From positions 1-55,062 of IMG/VR virus record IMGVR_UViG_3300020045_015842: a stretch of 55,062 nucleotides of DNA, one strand, 5' to 3'. The notes under the pieces are model-generated. The model worked only from the letters and a program-made list of their open reading frames with translations, was not told the origin of the DNA and did no database searches. A program made the translations under genes and the position numbers. Shown here piece by piece: positions 43,315 through 53,729 of the stretch (its first letter is position 1; each line of letters opens with the position of its first letter). The DNA comes from a virus (Duplodnaviria; Caudoviricetes).

Positions 43315-44081
43315 AAGAAAAGAAAATAGGAATTGTAATTCTTGGAACAAATGCTTATTTCTGCTTAATGGTGAGGTTTGTAAAGAGGTTTATACAATTT
43401 TATAAAGGAAACAGGAAAATTAAATTTTTCCTGTTTTCTGATTTATCCCCAAAAGATTATTTACCTGAAGGAATAGATTATCAATTCATCTATGTTACTA
43501 ATAATAATTGGGTTGATGGTACTAATTTGAAATTTACAAGTATTCTTACACTCTCAGAACAATCTGATATTGAGTATCTTACATATTTTGATGCAGATAC
43601 TAATGTAAGTAAACCTTTTACTGAAGATTGGTTTATTGGAGAATTAGTAGGAGGGCAGCATTATGCAGATCAAAGTTGGATGAAAGAAAAGAAAGGATAT
43701 GATAGAAATCCTCTTTCAAAAGCTTATATTCCTCTTAATACTAAACTACCACAAACATATTATTATGGAGCGTTCTTTTCTGCAGAGAGAGAGAGAATGA
43801 TGAAATTTTGTGAAGAATTATTGTGGGGGCAAATTGAAGATAAGAAGATTAACTACGAAGCCTGTACAAACGATGAGTCGCATATTCAGAGGTACTTTCA
43901 CTATAAACCACCTACAAAAATTGTTAAAACAGAGGAATTTATGTTTGATATTTCTGATAAAGGGGGAATTGGAGAAACTAGAGATGTGAATTTAGATGTT
44001 AGTAAAATTAAAGAAGATTTACTTCTATATAAGAATGATAATATTAATATTAGAGATGGTAAAATAATTAAAGAATGCTAG
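43308..44081 (+). CDS. GT6-family glycosyltransferase
   Basis: IGIVILGT..Y, FLFSD, YFDAD, YYYGAFF, DESH..RYF. Confidence 0.8.
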   Translation: MVEEKKIGIVILGTNAYFCLMVRFVKRFIQFYKGNRKIKFFLFSDLSPKDYLPEGIDYQFIYVTNNNWVDGTNLKFTSILTLSEQSDIEYLTYFDADTNVSKPFTEDWFIGELVGGQHYADQSWMKEKKGYDRNPLSKAYIPLNTKLPQTYYYGAFFSAERERMMKFCEELLWGQIEDKKINYEACTNDESHIQRYFHYKPPTKIVKTEEFMFDISDKGGIGETRDVNLDVSKIKEDLLLYKNDNINIRDGKIIKEC

Positions 44082-44349
44082 GAAAAAAATTAAGCCCTAT
44101 TCTAGAAGAGTTGGAAGATACTCTTCTGGAATTTGAAGTAGAATTTGGTTATAAACCAGAATATACTATAGAAGGATTTAGAGGAGCAATAAAAATATTT
44201 ATGTCTGTTATTCTTGATAAAATGTGGGAATTACAAGATTGGGATAAATTAGCACAAGAAGATAGAGAAAAAATGGCTACAAAATGTGGAGAAGATTTAA
44301 GAAAGTTTGTTAAGACATATACAGATATTGATACATTTGATTTATATAA

Positions 44350-44757
44350 ATGATACTATTCACACAAGTTGATGTACCAATGACAGATTTTAAAATAGAT
44401 GTCATGATTGGTGGAACTAAAGAAGAATATGATTTAGTGGAAGAGCATAGGTATTCTTTACACCCTGAAGAAAATGCAGAATTTTGCAATAATCAAATCT
44501 ATTCTGTTTCTACAGGAACTAGAGGATTTATACATTCTCAAAAAATGTTTAATTTACGTTTAGAAGTTAAGCCACTAGAAAATATTCCTGTTTTTATCCA
44601 TGAATTATGGCATTTAATGTGGAAAATATCAAAGATAATTTCAGATTTTGAATTGAATCAATCTTCTGAAGCTTGGGCTGCAAATATGATTGAAACAATT
44701 GCTAAGAATATTATTAACGCTAAATATGAAGAATTAAATTTAGAATATGGAGAATAA
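44350..44757 (+). CDS. small HExxH protein (zincin-like)
   Basis: FIHELWH...SEAWA. Confidence 0.55.
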   Translation: MILFTQVDVPMTDFKIDVMIGGTKEEYDLVEEHRYSLHPEENAEFCNNQIYSVSTGTRGFIHSQKMFNLRLEVKPLENIPVFIHELWHLMWKISKIISDFELNQSSEAWAANMIETIAKNIINAKYEELNLEYGE

Positions 44758-44867
44758 GACTGAAAAAACTCTTTATGAATTAATTTATGAAATTTATGTA
44801 GGAGTTAGTAAAAAATGGAATTCTAGTAGTGATAATGAATTTGCCTCATGGTTAAATGCAAAATTAG

Positions 44868-45482
44868 ATGAATATAAAAATAAATGAAATTTGGGCATAT
44901 TATATAAATCCTGACAGCTTTACTCATAGAAGAAATTCTATAGAGCAAACTGTTGGGAATTTAGGGCTTAAAGGAGTCACAAGAATAGCTTTTAATGAGC
45001 AATTAAATGAAAGAGCCAATACAATGTCAATGGCTCATATAACAGCCTTAAAACAGGCTATAGAAGACAATAATTTTCCTTGTATAATATTTGAAGATGA
45101 TGCTAAACAAATGAAACCTCTTCCTGAATATTTTGATATTCCTGAAGAAGCAACATTAATATATTTAGGAGGAAGTAATTATGAAAGTGGGCAAACTCCT
45201 AAAATGTATTTGGAAGAATATAATGAAGAATATTATAGAGTATATTATATGCTTTCTTTTCATGCTGTATTAATTTCTGATAAGGAAAGTGCAATACTAG
45301 TTAAAAATATGCTAATGGGAGCAATATCACAAACAATATTTAATGATATAATGATAGCAATGCATAGCAAACAGTTATTGTACTTAACCCCTAAAGAAGG
45401 AAACTATTTCTTTCAGGATGATTATACAGAGAATGTAACAAAGTTTTTATGGAAAGATTGTCTTAAAAGATTTTTAAAATGA
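44868..45482 (+). CDS. GT25-like glycosyltransferase
   Basis: YYIN..RR, AH..AL, IFEDDA, LIYLGG, HAVLIS. Confidence 0.7.
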   Translation: MNIKINEIWAYYINPDSFTHRRNSIEQTVGNLGLKGVTRIAFNEQLNERANTMSMAHITALKQAIEDNNFPCIIFEDDAKQMKPLPEYFDIPEEATLIYLGGSNYESGQTPKMYLEEYNEEYYRVYYMLSFHAVLISDKESAILVKNMLMGAISQTIFNDIMIAMHSKQLLYLTPKEGNYFFQDDYTENVTKFLWKDCLKRFLK

Positions 45483-46064
45483 CAAAAGATAAACAATTAA
45501 AATTATTAGAAGGGGCTAAAGTATTTGAATATTTAAATTGGAAACAATTGTTAACCATTACTTACTGGAGTTTATTTAATTCTACTAAAATTAAATATTT
45601 CTTTAAACAATTAGATCTAGGTAAAGCAGCCATATTTGCTTATACAGATACTAAAAATATAATGAAAGAAAATTAAAAACATGTTTTAAAACATATTTAT
45701 GGAAGAAACAAGAAAAGAATTAGAACAAAAAGCTTCTAAATTGTTAGATGAAATCTCTTCTAAAGAGGAAATAAAAGAACAATTAAAACAAGCAATGATA
45801 GATTTATTAATATTTGGTAAAGCTGAATTTGTCTATAAAGAAGAGGAGAAAACACAATGACGATTTGGTTTAGTAGAAAATTCAATGGTGTTAAAAAATA
45901 TTGTAGTAAATCTATATCTTTTAACTTTCATCCTCAACATTGGAAATTATTATTGTGTAAAACTAATGGAGCCAAGAAAGGAAGAATGGAAGATACTTGT
46001 TATAACTTAAATATCCATTTCTTAGGAATATTTCTTAGTTATGCAAATTGGGATTATAACAGAT

Positions 46065-46107
46065 AAAAAATAAATGCTCCTTCTATATAAAAAATAGAGG
46101 GAGCATT
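46065..46107 (-). terminator. terminator at the convergence of the two transcription units
   Basis: AATGCTCCTTCTAT/ATAGAGGGAGCATT stem with an A-tract on its left (U-tract on -). Confidence 0.75.
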
Positions 46108-46269
46108 GATCAAAGGATACTATCCAGAGAGGGGCTTATTTTGAAAGTCTCTTTTTGGAAAGAGGACTTTGTGGACTTTTACCTTTAGAAGGAGCCAACT
46201 TTTCATTCATAAAGTTTGGCTTCTTCTTATTTGGAGAAGATACAACTGGAGCTTTCTTTGGTTGCTGTT

Positions 46270-46413
46270 TCATTTCTTTTTAAATAAAGATTTAATTTTT
46301 TCAATCATCTTTTTACCAAATATAACAATTTTTTCTCCAAGAGTTGAATTATTTCTAAATACTAATGCACCAATAATAAATGCAATTAAATGGGTAATTA
46401 TTAATAAAATCAT
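46270..46413 (-). CDS. 47-aa membrane protein with basic tail
   Basis: Hand translation MILLIITHLIAFIIGALVFRNN...KSLFKKK. Confidence 0.55.
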   Translation of the reverse strand: MILLIITHLIAFIIGALVFRNNSTLGEKIVIFGKKMIEKIKSLFKKK

Positions 46414-46428
46414 AATAAATGTTTTAAG

Positions 46429-46500
46429 TTATTTTTTCTTTGTGTGTCCACCGCATTTCATACTTGGTTTTGGTGTTGCTTTACTTCCTACTTTTTTCAT
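46429..46500 (-). CDS. 23-aa basic peptide
   Basis: MKKVGSKATPKPSMKCGGHTKKK with A-rich leader. Confidence 0.45.
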   Translation of the reverse strand: MKKVGSKATPKPSMKCGGHTKKK

Positions 46501-47003
46501 AATAATTAATTTTTTTATTCATCATCACAACTAAAATAAATATTTGCATTAAAAGCATTATTCTGTATAAATTTTATACTATCATATGCTTCTTTTCTAT
46601 CATCATATCCTTTTGATGTATAAATAACAAGAGTGGTTTCATTATTTATTATTTGAGAATAATATTTAATTCTACTAAACCAACTTCCTTTTGTTATTAC
46701 TTCAAATTTTAGAGGACATTTCATAAGTTTATCTTAAAAGAGATTGTTCCACTTGACTTTATACTCTTTGAAATATCAAGTCTAATACTAAACATGTTAT
46801 GAAATTTAATCAATTCCTGTATAAGCATATTATTATATTTAGGGTGACTTGCTATGAGCCTAAAGGAATAGTGCTCAGGAAATTTATAAATTTCTAATTC
46901 CGCATACTCATCAACGCTTTCCAAAATCCCATGAAGTTGAGCGAAGAAAACTTCGTCATTATCATTAAGAATTTCTGGAAAGAATTGATAAACAATTTGC
47001 ATA

Positions 47004-47408
47004 TTAAGATAGAGTTAATAAATATTTGCATTTTGCACCTTCACCAGAAAGGGCATCTGCCATATTGCATACATCATGATAACTATTAGCTTCTCCATAT
47101 TTTTTTAATTCACCTGCAAAAGTCATTAAATCTGTAACAACATTTACAGGAGGGAGATTAGTTAATGGATCAATTTTAAAAACTGTAGGTCTACGTCCTG
47201 TATATCCCATAATTTTTTCTATAATTTGATCCTTAAAATCATGTACATAATCATATAAAGAACCCAAACACATATGAGTGGCATAACTACTAGTCTGCCA
47301 ATGTAATAAATGCAATTGCTCATGAAAAAACGTAAGCTTTCCAGCAATTGACTCCAATGTTAAAACGTTAACATTCATCATTTCTTCAGGGAATAATGAT
47401 TTTGCCAT
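47004..47408 (-). CDS. ferritin/Dps-like protein (DUF5856-like)
   Basis: LHLLHWQT..YATH..L..LYD..D.IIE, YLLTL terminus. Confidence 0.75.
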   Translation of the reverse strand: MAKSLFPEEMMNVNVLTLESIAGKLTFFHEQLHLLHWQTSSYATHMCLGSLYDYVHDFKDQIIEKIMGYTGRRPTVFKIDPLTNLPPVNVVTDLMTFAGELKKYGEANSYHDVCNMADALSGEGAKCKYLLTLS

Positions 47409-47520
47409 GATTAGGTTTTCTTACTTGCTACTTTATTTAAATACTCTAATTTTTTTAGTATCTCATAGAGTAAAATCTCATTCTGACTCCAATTAATTTC
47501 TCTATTCATATACAGAAGTA

Positions 47521-47709
47521 TTAAGTTGGAGTTAAAGTTGTACTTTCAGTACAGCAAATATTATTAGGTATTTCTACCCAATTATTTCCTTTAGGAGGAG
47601 TTCTTCTTGCAACCATACTTCCGGGAATAAGTCTTTTATTACCATCATATCTAGCCCATACACGAAGTGTATCATCAGTTCTATTTACTGGAATTGGAGA
47701 AGTTGCCAT
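47521..47709 (-). CDS. small probable virion protein, paralogue B
   Basis: RYDG.KRLIPGS...P..NW.EIP..CC plus Thr-rich tail. Confidence 0.7.
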   Translation of the reverse strand: MATSPIPVNRTDDTLRVWARYDGNKRLIPGSMVARRTPPKGNNWVEIPNNICCTESTTLTPT

Positions 47710-47711
47710 AA

Positions 47712-47876
47712 TTAGTCAGGGTTTAAAGTAGTTGTTGTTGTACAGCATTGATATGTAGGGGCCTCTATCCATTTTCCTACTTTAGGCATTTTTCTCCTTA
47801 GAATTAATGAACCAAGAACCACTCGGCCTTGCCCATCAATTCTATAGAATGCTTTCAGATCTTGTTTGTTTGGCAT
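47712..47876 (-). CDS. small probable virion protein, paralogue A (54 aa, not in ORF track)
   Basis: MPNKQDLKAFYRIDGQGRVVLGSLILRRKMPKVGKWIEAPTYQCCTTTTTLNPD. Confidence 0.7.
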   Translation of the reverse strand: MPNKQDLKAFYRIDGQGRVVLGSLILRRKMPKVGKWIEAPTYQCCTTTTTLNPD

Positions 47877-48025
47877 TTCTAATTAATTTAAATTGTGAAT
47901 AAAAATTTCTCTTATTTAATAATAAGACCAAATTTAAAATTCTTAACAATTGCTTGTTATAAATTTTTATTCAATCTAGTTTTATATAATAGTTTTGGTT
48001 CAAATAGTGCAAAAAGGTGAACTAT

Positions 48026-49744
48026 TTAAGGAGCTACATAATCCTCGATTTTAACTTCATAAAATCTAAGTGTATCTGACGTTCTAGTAAAGTTTTGACC
48101 ACCCCCACAGGTATATATCTTGTTGTTATGAACACAAGTCGCTGCACCTAATAACGCATAAGGAGCGTCCGCCTTTCGAGTCCATGTATTTGTTTCAGTA
48201 TCGTACTCATATATTGCCTTCGTATAACTTGATAGTGAATCAGATGGCCCGCCAGACACCCCCCCGATCGCATAAATTTTATTCCCAATTGCCACAACGT
48301 CACGATAACATGCTCCAACTGGAATTGCTGCCATTGTTGACCATGTATTTAAGGCTATATCATAAGCAAAACACTCTGTTGTTGCGTCTATCGTGCTGTC
48401 TGGTGCATGATAACCTGTTATTGCGGCACTTATGGCATAAATTTTACCATTACAATAACATCCAAAATTCCCGGTTTCCTTAGTGTTTGGCATGTTTGCA
48501 CCAGAAGACCATGAGTCTGTTTCAACATCATAGATCTCAAGTTTATTAGTTGGCGATCCAGCCGAAGTCACTCCGCCAAAGCAATATATTTTTCCGTCAT
48601 GAACAGCAGAGCCACAATCTTCTCTGGCAGTTGTCATTGATGCTTTTTGGATATATGTATCTGTTTCTGGTGTATATTCAAATACTTCGCCAGTTACACC
48701 ACCCCCAGCACTTTTTAAACCACCGATAAAATATAATTTATCACCAACCTGATTGACAACTGCACTCTGTCTTGCTGCTTCTGTAAACGGCAAATCATTT
48801 TTAATTGTCCATTTATCGGTCAGTATATTATAAGCATATACTCTTTTATTGATACCACCAAAAGCATAAATACTGTTGTTGATTCCGATTAACGAATGCT
48901 GTTGTTTAAAGTAAGGTAGCGGTGCTAATCCTACGTGAGAATGAGTATCTCCCACATAATAGCAATACTTTGATAATATTCTATTTACAGTATTTTTCTG
49001 TTCATCTGTCAGACCTTTTGATGCAAAAAAGCAACCACAATATTCTGAAAAAAATGTCTGAATTGTTTCACCATTTCGTCTTGCTAACAATACCATGTCA
49101 ATAGATGGTATTTGCGTAGATAATATGGTTTCAGTGAGAATATTTTTTTGATTATGTTGATACTTTATTTCATTGTCCACCACCCTACTTCCAATATGTG
49201 TTCCTGAATAAGTGGCTAATGTCGGATTTGATGCAAAAGCTGATTGATTAATTCCAACTGTCGGAGTATTACCAATCATATATAATTTATGAGTTCCTCT
49301 TGCACTTATTACCTCACCAGTGGGAGTATTCCCTGTTTCAATGAAATAACCAATTGCAGCACTATTTAATGTCAATGCTTCCGCATCGTTGGCAGGATTA
49401 TAGACGGGTCTTATATGTCCGGTAAGACCATCGCTTTTGAACCCTTTATAAGGCTGAAAATCTAATGTACCAACTTCCAATAAATCATGCGCTCTTTTTA
49501 CAAGGTTTCTTTTTTGAATTTCAGCCGTACCTCCCGGCAAATAAAGTAAATCAAATCCATCTACTAAAGTCTCTATTTCAAGTTCGCTTTTAAGACTTTG
49601 AATAACCCAATCAACTAAATTTTTATCTTTCGTTGAAGGCTGAACCGCTAATCCACCGATATATGTTTTTAATTCTGCGGAATAACTCAAATTTGACCCT
49701 TGTGTACCTAAACTACTACTAAATACTGATGATAACGCTCCCAT
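48026..49744 (-). CDS. Kelch-repeat beta-propeller protein, probably virion/tail-associated
   Basis: About six IY.(F/I)GG...Y....W repeats in the C-terminal half. Confidence 0.85.
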   Translation of the reverse strand: MGALSSVFSSSLGTQGSNLSYSAELKTYIGGLAVQPSTKDKNLVDWVIQSLKSELEIETLVDGFDLLYLPGGTAEIQKRNLVKRAHDLLEVGTLDFQPYKGFKSDGLTGHIRPVYNPANDAEALTLNSAAIGYFIETGNTPTGEVISARGTHKLYMIGNTPTVGINQSAFASNPTLATYSGTHIGSRVVDNEIKYQHNQKNILTETILSTQIPSIDMVLLARRNGETIQTFFSEYCGCFFASKGLTDEQKNTVNRILSKYCYYVGDTHSHVGLAPLPYFKQQHSLIGINNSIYAFGGINKRVYAYNILTDKWTIKNDLPFTEAARQSAVVNQVGDKLYFIGGLKSAGGGVTGEVFEYTPETDTYIQKASMTTAREDCGSAVHDGKIYCFGGVTSAGSPTNKLEIYDVETDSWSSGANMPNTKETGNFGCYCNGKIYAISAAITGYHAPDSTIDATTECFAYDIALNTWSTMAAIPVGACYRDVVAIGNKIYAIGGVSGGPSDSLSSYTKAIYEYDTETNTWTRKADAPYALLGAATCVHNNKIYTCGGGQNFTRTSDTLRFYEVKIEDYVAP

Positions 49745-50256
49745 TAGTTGTAAACTTTGATATTAATTTCCTGTTCATCTAGTATTCCATCTGTTAATAC
49801 ATCAGATGAATTATAAGTCTTTAGAGTTATAGTAGTAGCACTTGTCCATTCAATTGTTATTTTATTTCCTGCAACATCATTTATAGTATTTATTTTATTA
49901 GGAACTGTTTTATTCTCTATAAATAAATTACTAGAAAGAAATGTATATGTGCCTGCAGCACTCCTTGTTAATGCAACAACTCCTAATGTATTTAATAATG
50001 GTATAACAGTAGGAGCATCTGTAGAAGATTGAGAGACAAATAGTGAATATTCCTTATATTTAACTTCTGGAATATCATTTAATGTTGCTAATGGATTTGA
50101 TGTGGAGGGATTATTTGCCTCCTGTATAGCAGAAATTTCATTAGTTGTTAATGAAGATGCTGGGACAATGTCTCTAATTAAATCATCCAGATTTAAATAG
50201 TTTTCAAAGCCTCGTTTAAGCTTAGTCCAGTATCCGGTTTTAATGTACGTTGGCAT
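49744..50256 (-). CDS. probable structural protein
   Basis: Thr/Ser/Asn-rich beta composition, late-unit position. Confidence 0.5.
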   Translation of the reverse strand: MPTYIKTGYWTKLKRGFENYLNLDDLIRDIVPASSLTTNEISAIQEANNPSTSNPLATLNDIPEVKYKEYSLFVSQSSTDAPTVIPLLNTLGVVALTRSAAGTYTFLSSNLFIENKTVPNKINTINDVAGNKITIEWTSATTITLKTYNSSDVLTDGILDEQEINIKVYN

Positions 50257-50295
50257 TTTATTAATTATTAAATTGTTAATATTATTGCTATAAAG

Positions 50296-51315
50296 TTAAT
50301 AATTTATTTTATATTTTAAAGATAACTTTTTAAGTTCATTTGCATACCACCATGTACAATATTTTTTTGATCCCTCATTATTTAGAATAGCATCTAAATG
50401 TTCATCCTTTGTGGGATCTTGTCCTTGATGATATTTTCCTTTATAAAAATAAGGAATACCATTCATTACTGTGGAAGAAACTCCGGCATTATGAAATATT
50501 CCTAAATTATCAATCTTAGATATGGGATCAGTTGCCCAAGCAAAATCTAAATCTTTTACTACCCTAACCTCTTGATTTCTTCTCCAGAGTTCCCAAAGAA
50601 CAAGCCACATATCAACTGTCCAAGATTGAAATCCTTTTGATTCAGAAATAAAAAATTGTTTATTAACATCTTCTAAATACCTCTTCAAAGGTATACATTT
50701 ATCTAGTAAATTCTTCCAATACTCTGCATCAATATCTTTTAATAAATATTGTGTCCCACCAGAATGTAAATTATTCTTTTCACAAATTTGTCTATTTATA
50801 CCAACAATTTTTGCTGCTTCATCTAATATATCTCTAGTTTTATATTCTTCTAATTTTTCAGGAAGAACATCTCTTATCTTACTATCAAAATAACTAGCAT
50901 TGATATAACTATTAGTATCTGAAGCATAAATTATATCATCTTCTATATAAGAATCAATGTTAAACTTGTCTGTAAACAAAATGTCAGAATCACAATAAAA
51001 AACAGCCTTATTCTTCATTTCTGGCCTATCTAGCCAATATTTCCAAGCTGTATAAAGTCTCAATATAGGAATATATTTTCCTAATAAAGGAGTAACTGTT
51101 CCATCATCTTTATAAAAATTAAATTCTACTTCTGGGTAAAGATCAATTATTTTCTGAAATCTTTCTCTGTGTTCATCTCTACCAAAGGGTGTAAATATTA
51201 AAACAATTGCTTTATTACTTTGTCCTATATTCTTTAAACTTTCAAGCCATAAATGACACTGCCAACTAAAATAATTATCACTTGGAAAAATAGTCAGAAA
51301 TTTTAACTCTCTCAT
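50296..51315 (-). CDS. GT-A fold glycosyltransferase-like protein
   Basis: YFSWQ, YCDSDILF (DxD), GGTQYL, WTVDMW, FHNAG. Confidence 0.65.
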   Translation of the reverse strand: MRELKFLTIFPSDNYFSWQCHLWLESLKNIGQSNKAIVLIFTPFGRDEHRERFQKIIDLYPEVEFNFYKDDGTVTPLLGKYIPILRLYTAWKYWLDRPEMKNKAVFYCDSDILFTDKFNIDSYIEDDIIYASDTNSYINASYFDSKIRDVLPEKLEEYKTRDILDEAAKIVGINRQICEKNNLHSGGTQYLLKDIDAEYWKNLLDKCIPLKRYLEDVNKQFFISESKGFQSWTVDMWLVLWELWRRNQEVRVVKDLDFAWATDPISKIDNLGIFHNAGVSSTVMNGIPYFYKGKYHQGQDPTKDEHLDAILNNEGSKKYCTWWYANELKKLSLKYKINY

Positions 51316-51331
51316 GTATAGTTTAAATATT

Positions 51332-53059
51332 TTATGAAATATAATATAAAAGGTTTGCTATATTAACTTTTATTCCTTTACCTGTATTACTTTTTAATGG
51401 TTTAGTAGTTGATGGAGGTGGTGTTACCCCTATATATTGATATGCTCCAACATCAGGGGGAGTCAACACTAAATTTCCTAAATAATCAGTAGATAATCCA
51501 AGAGGTATACCTGCATCAATAGCAGGGGAGCCATTTGTTAATTTTAGAACAAGAGAAGACTCAAATAATGGATCTCCATAAATATTCCCTAAAATCACAT
51601 CTCCACCATTTCCATCTTCTGCATTAAATTCACTTACAGTATGGGGATAGTCATTTGATGCATCATGCCCATAGTAAATTATATCTGTTACACCAGATTT
51701 ATAGAATAGATTATTTCTAAAAGTATTTGCACCTAATTGCTGATCATACTCATATAAAAGATATCCTCCAGACCGAGTACTCTGTCCACAATTTACAATA
51801 ATATTATTAGAAATATCTATTCCAGAAACATTATATGTGCCAGCACCGTAAGGGCTTAATATAATACCACTATCATGTGTATTTACAATAGTGTTATTCC
51901 ATATTTTTGTTCCAGTGGTGTCAACAGAATATGGATTGGATAACTCTATTCCCCCACCAGTTTGCCAAGGTTTTGCTGCAACTTCACTGGATCTATTTGC
52001 TCCATCAAATATATTATAATATACTTGTGCATTTGTTGACCCTACTTGATTGTTAACTGTTACACTATAGAAATAATTTCTATATACTTTATTTCCCGTA
52101 CCACAATTTTGATTAGTAACTATACCAAATCCCCTACCATAATATATTTTTGAACAGTTAACTGTGTTATTATAGAAAAGTATATTTGAAGAGGTATATC
52201 CAGCTGTTAACCCCTCAATCATTAATGCACCATGCCCCCAATCCTTAAAGGTGTTGTTATGTATATCCCATGTATCAACACCATCTGTAAGCCTGATACA
52301 ATCTAATGTTGACTGATCCTCATAATCATACATAAAATTAGGAGCATTAACATCAAATGTACAGTTTTTTACTTCACAATTACTAGTAGTAGTTCCGGGA
52401 ATAGTTGCATTTGCATCTATCCCACATCTATCACTTCTCCAACCAATATTACAATCATCAAAGGTTAAATAATTACTATTAGTAATTCTTACAGAGGTAT
52501 TACTTCCTCCTTGAAAATCAATACCATTAATAGTAATATAAGAATAATAAAATCTTATTGCTGTTTGTCTTATAGCTCCTGTAGTTATACTAGAAAAAGC
52601 AGAAGCAGGATTACTTGTAGAATATACATATAAAATATATGTGGAAGTATCGTAATAAAACTTTTCTATATTTGTTACAGTGGCACTTAAAGCTTTTTTT
52701 ACTTCAACACTACTTAACCACAATCTTCTTATTTCTGGAGGATTTGGAGATAATGTTATTCTCCAGATGTTACCATTTTGAGTCCAGTTTCCAGAAGTCG
52801 CCCATCCGGGAATTTCATCTTCAGCAGTAATAATTGGCTTATTACCTGTTCCATATGAATCAATTGTAATAACATTTGCTGGGCTTCCTGCTCCTATAAA
52901 TGATAATTCCTCTTTCCAAATACTACCACACTCAAAAGAAACAATATCACCTGCAACAAACGAAACACTTCCAACCTTAGCACATGTCCTCCAAGCCTGA
53001 GCATATGACAAACCAGTATTGGCATCATTTCCTGAGTTTTTGACGTAGTAAGTTGCCAT
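51332..53059 (-). CDS. right-handed parallel beta-helix (pectate-lyase-like) protein, possible tailspike/depolymerase
   Basis: TYYVK..GND.N.G....AW.T start, repeated I.NN strands, SPAIDAG..PDVGAY end. Confidence 0.8.
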   Translation of the reverse strand: MATYYVKNSGNDANTGLSYAQAWRTCAKVGSVSFVAGDIVSFECGSIWKEELSFIGAGSPANVITIDSYGTGNKPIITAEDEIPGWATSGNWTQNGNIWRITLSPNPPEIRRLWLSSVEVKKALSATVTNIEKFYYDTSTYILYVYSTSNPASAFSSITTGAIRQTAIRFYYSYITINGIDFQGGSNTSVRITNSNYLTFDDCNIGWRSDRCGIDANATIPGTTTSNCEVKNCTFDVNAPNFMYDYEDQSTLDCIRLTDGVDTWDIHNNTFKDWGHGALMIEGLTAGYTSSNILFYNNTVNCSKIYYGRGFGIVTNQNCGTGNKVYRNYFYSVTVNNQVGSTNAQVYYNIFDGANRSSEVAAKPWQTGGGIELSNPYSVDTTGTKIWNNTIVNTHDSGIILSPYGAGTYNVSGIDISNNIIVNCGQSTRSGGYLLYEYDQQLGANTFRNNLFYKSGVTDIIYYGHDASNDYPHTVSEFNAEDGNGGDVILGNIYGDPLFESSLVLKLTNGSPAIDAGIPLGLSTDYLGNLVLTPPDVGAYQYIGVTPPPSTTKPLKSNTGKGIKVNIANLLYYIS

Positions 53060-53061
53060 GC

Positions 53062-53718
53062 TTAATTATTTAAAGATACAATAGGAACTCTTTGATAATT
53101 AGTAGAAATAGTTCCAAGAGTTGCTGGCATTACCCCAGAGACTGCTGAATTAGCTGCTGTTCCCTGAATCCTTGTATCAGCATCAAAAGCAGTTGAACCA
53201 TAGGCGTATAAGCACATAACCTTAATCGTATTAACTGAATTTGAATATGCAATCCAATACCATCCAGGAGTTAAAGTAGTGGCAGTAACATTAGATGTTA
53301 TTACTCCCGGACTTGCAGCAGAAACAGATTCTACAGCAACCAATTTAGTGGTTTTTAACTCATCATAAACTGCCCAACTTATCGTCTCCCCTGCTGCTTC
53401 GGTTGTAATATGAAAAGAAAAATTATTTACAGTTAGTGTAAATGGAATAAAGAATTTTGCAGCATATACTGTATTTGCCACCATTGCATCTCCTTCAGAA
53501 AAGGATATCCCCAATGCAGTAACTCCAACTGGAGCAACATACTTTACACCAGTTACTGTATTGGCTTTATTTAGAAGTAAGGAATCAACTTCTGCTGCTG
53601 TATATCCTAATACCCCATCAGAAATCTTAAATCTATTATCTAACTCTTCATGTAGTGTTGGATTTGCTGGTTTATCTCCTTGAATATCCCTAATTCTGCG
53701 TACTGCTGGTATTGTCAT
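53062..53718 (-). CDS. probable structural/fibre-associated protein
   Basis: YTAAEVDSLL spacer, beta-sandwich-like TLTPGWYWIA. Confidence 0.5.
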   Translation of the reverse strand: MTIPAVRRIRDIQGDKPANPTLHEELDNRFKISDGVLGYTAAEVDSLLLNKANTVTGVKYVAPVGVTALGISFSEGDAMVANTVYAAKFFIPFTLTVNNFSFHITTEAAGETISWAVYDELKTTKLVAVESVSAASPGVITSNVTATTLTPGWYWIAYSNSVNTIKVMCLYAYGSTAFDADTRIQGTAANSAVSGVMPATLGTISTNYQRVPIVSLNN

Positions 53719-53729
53719 ATTAATATTTT

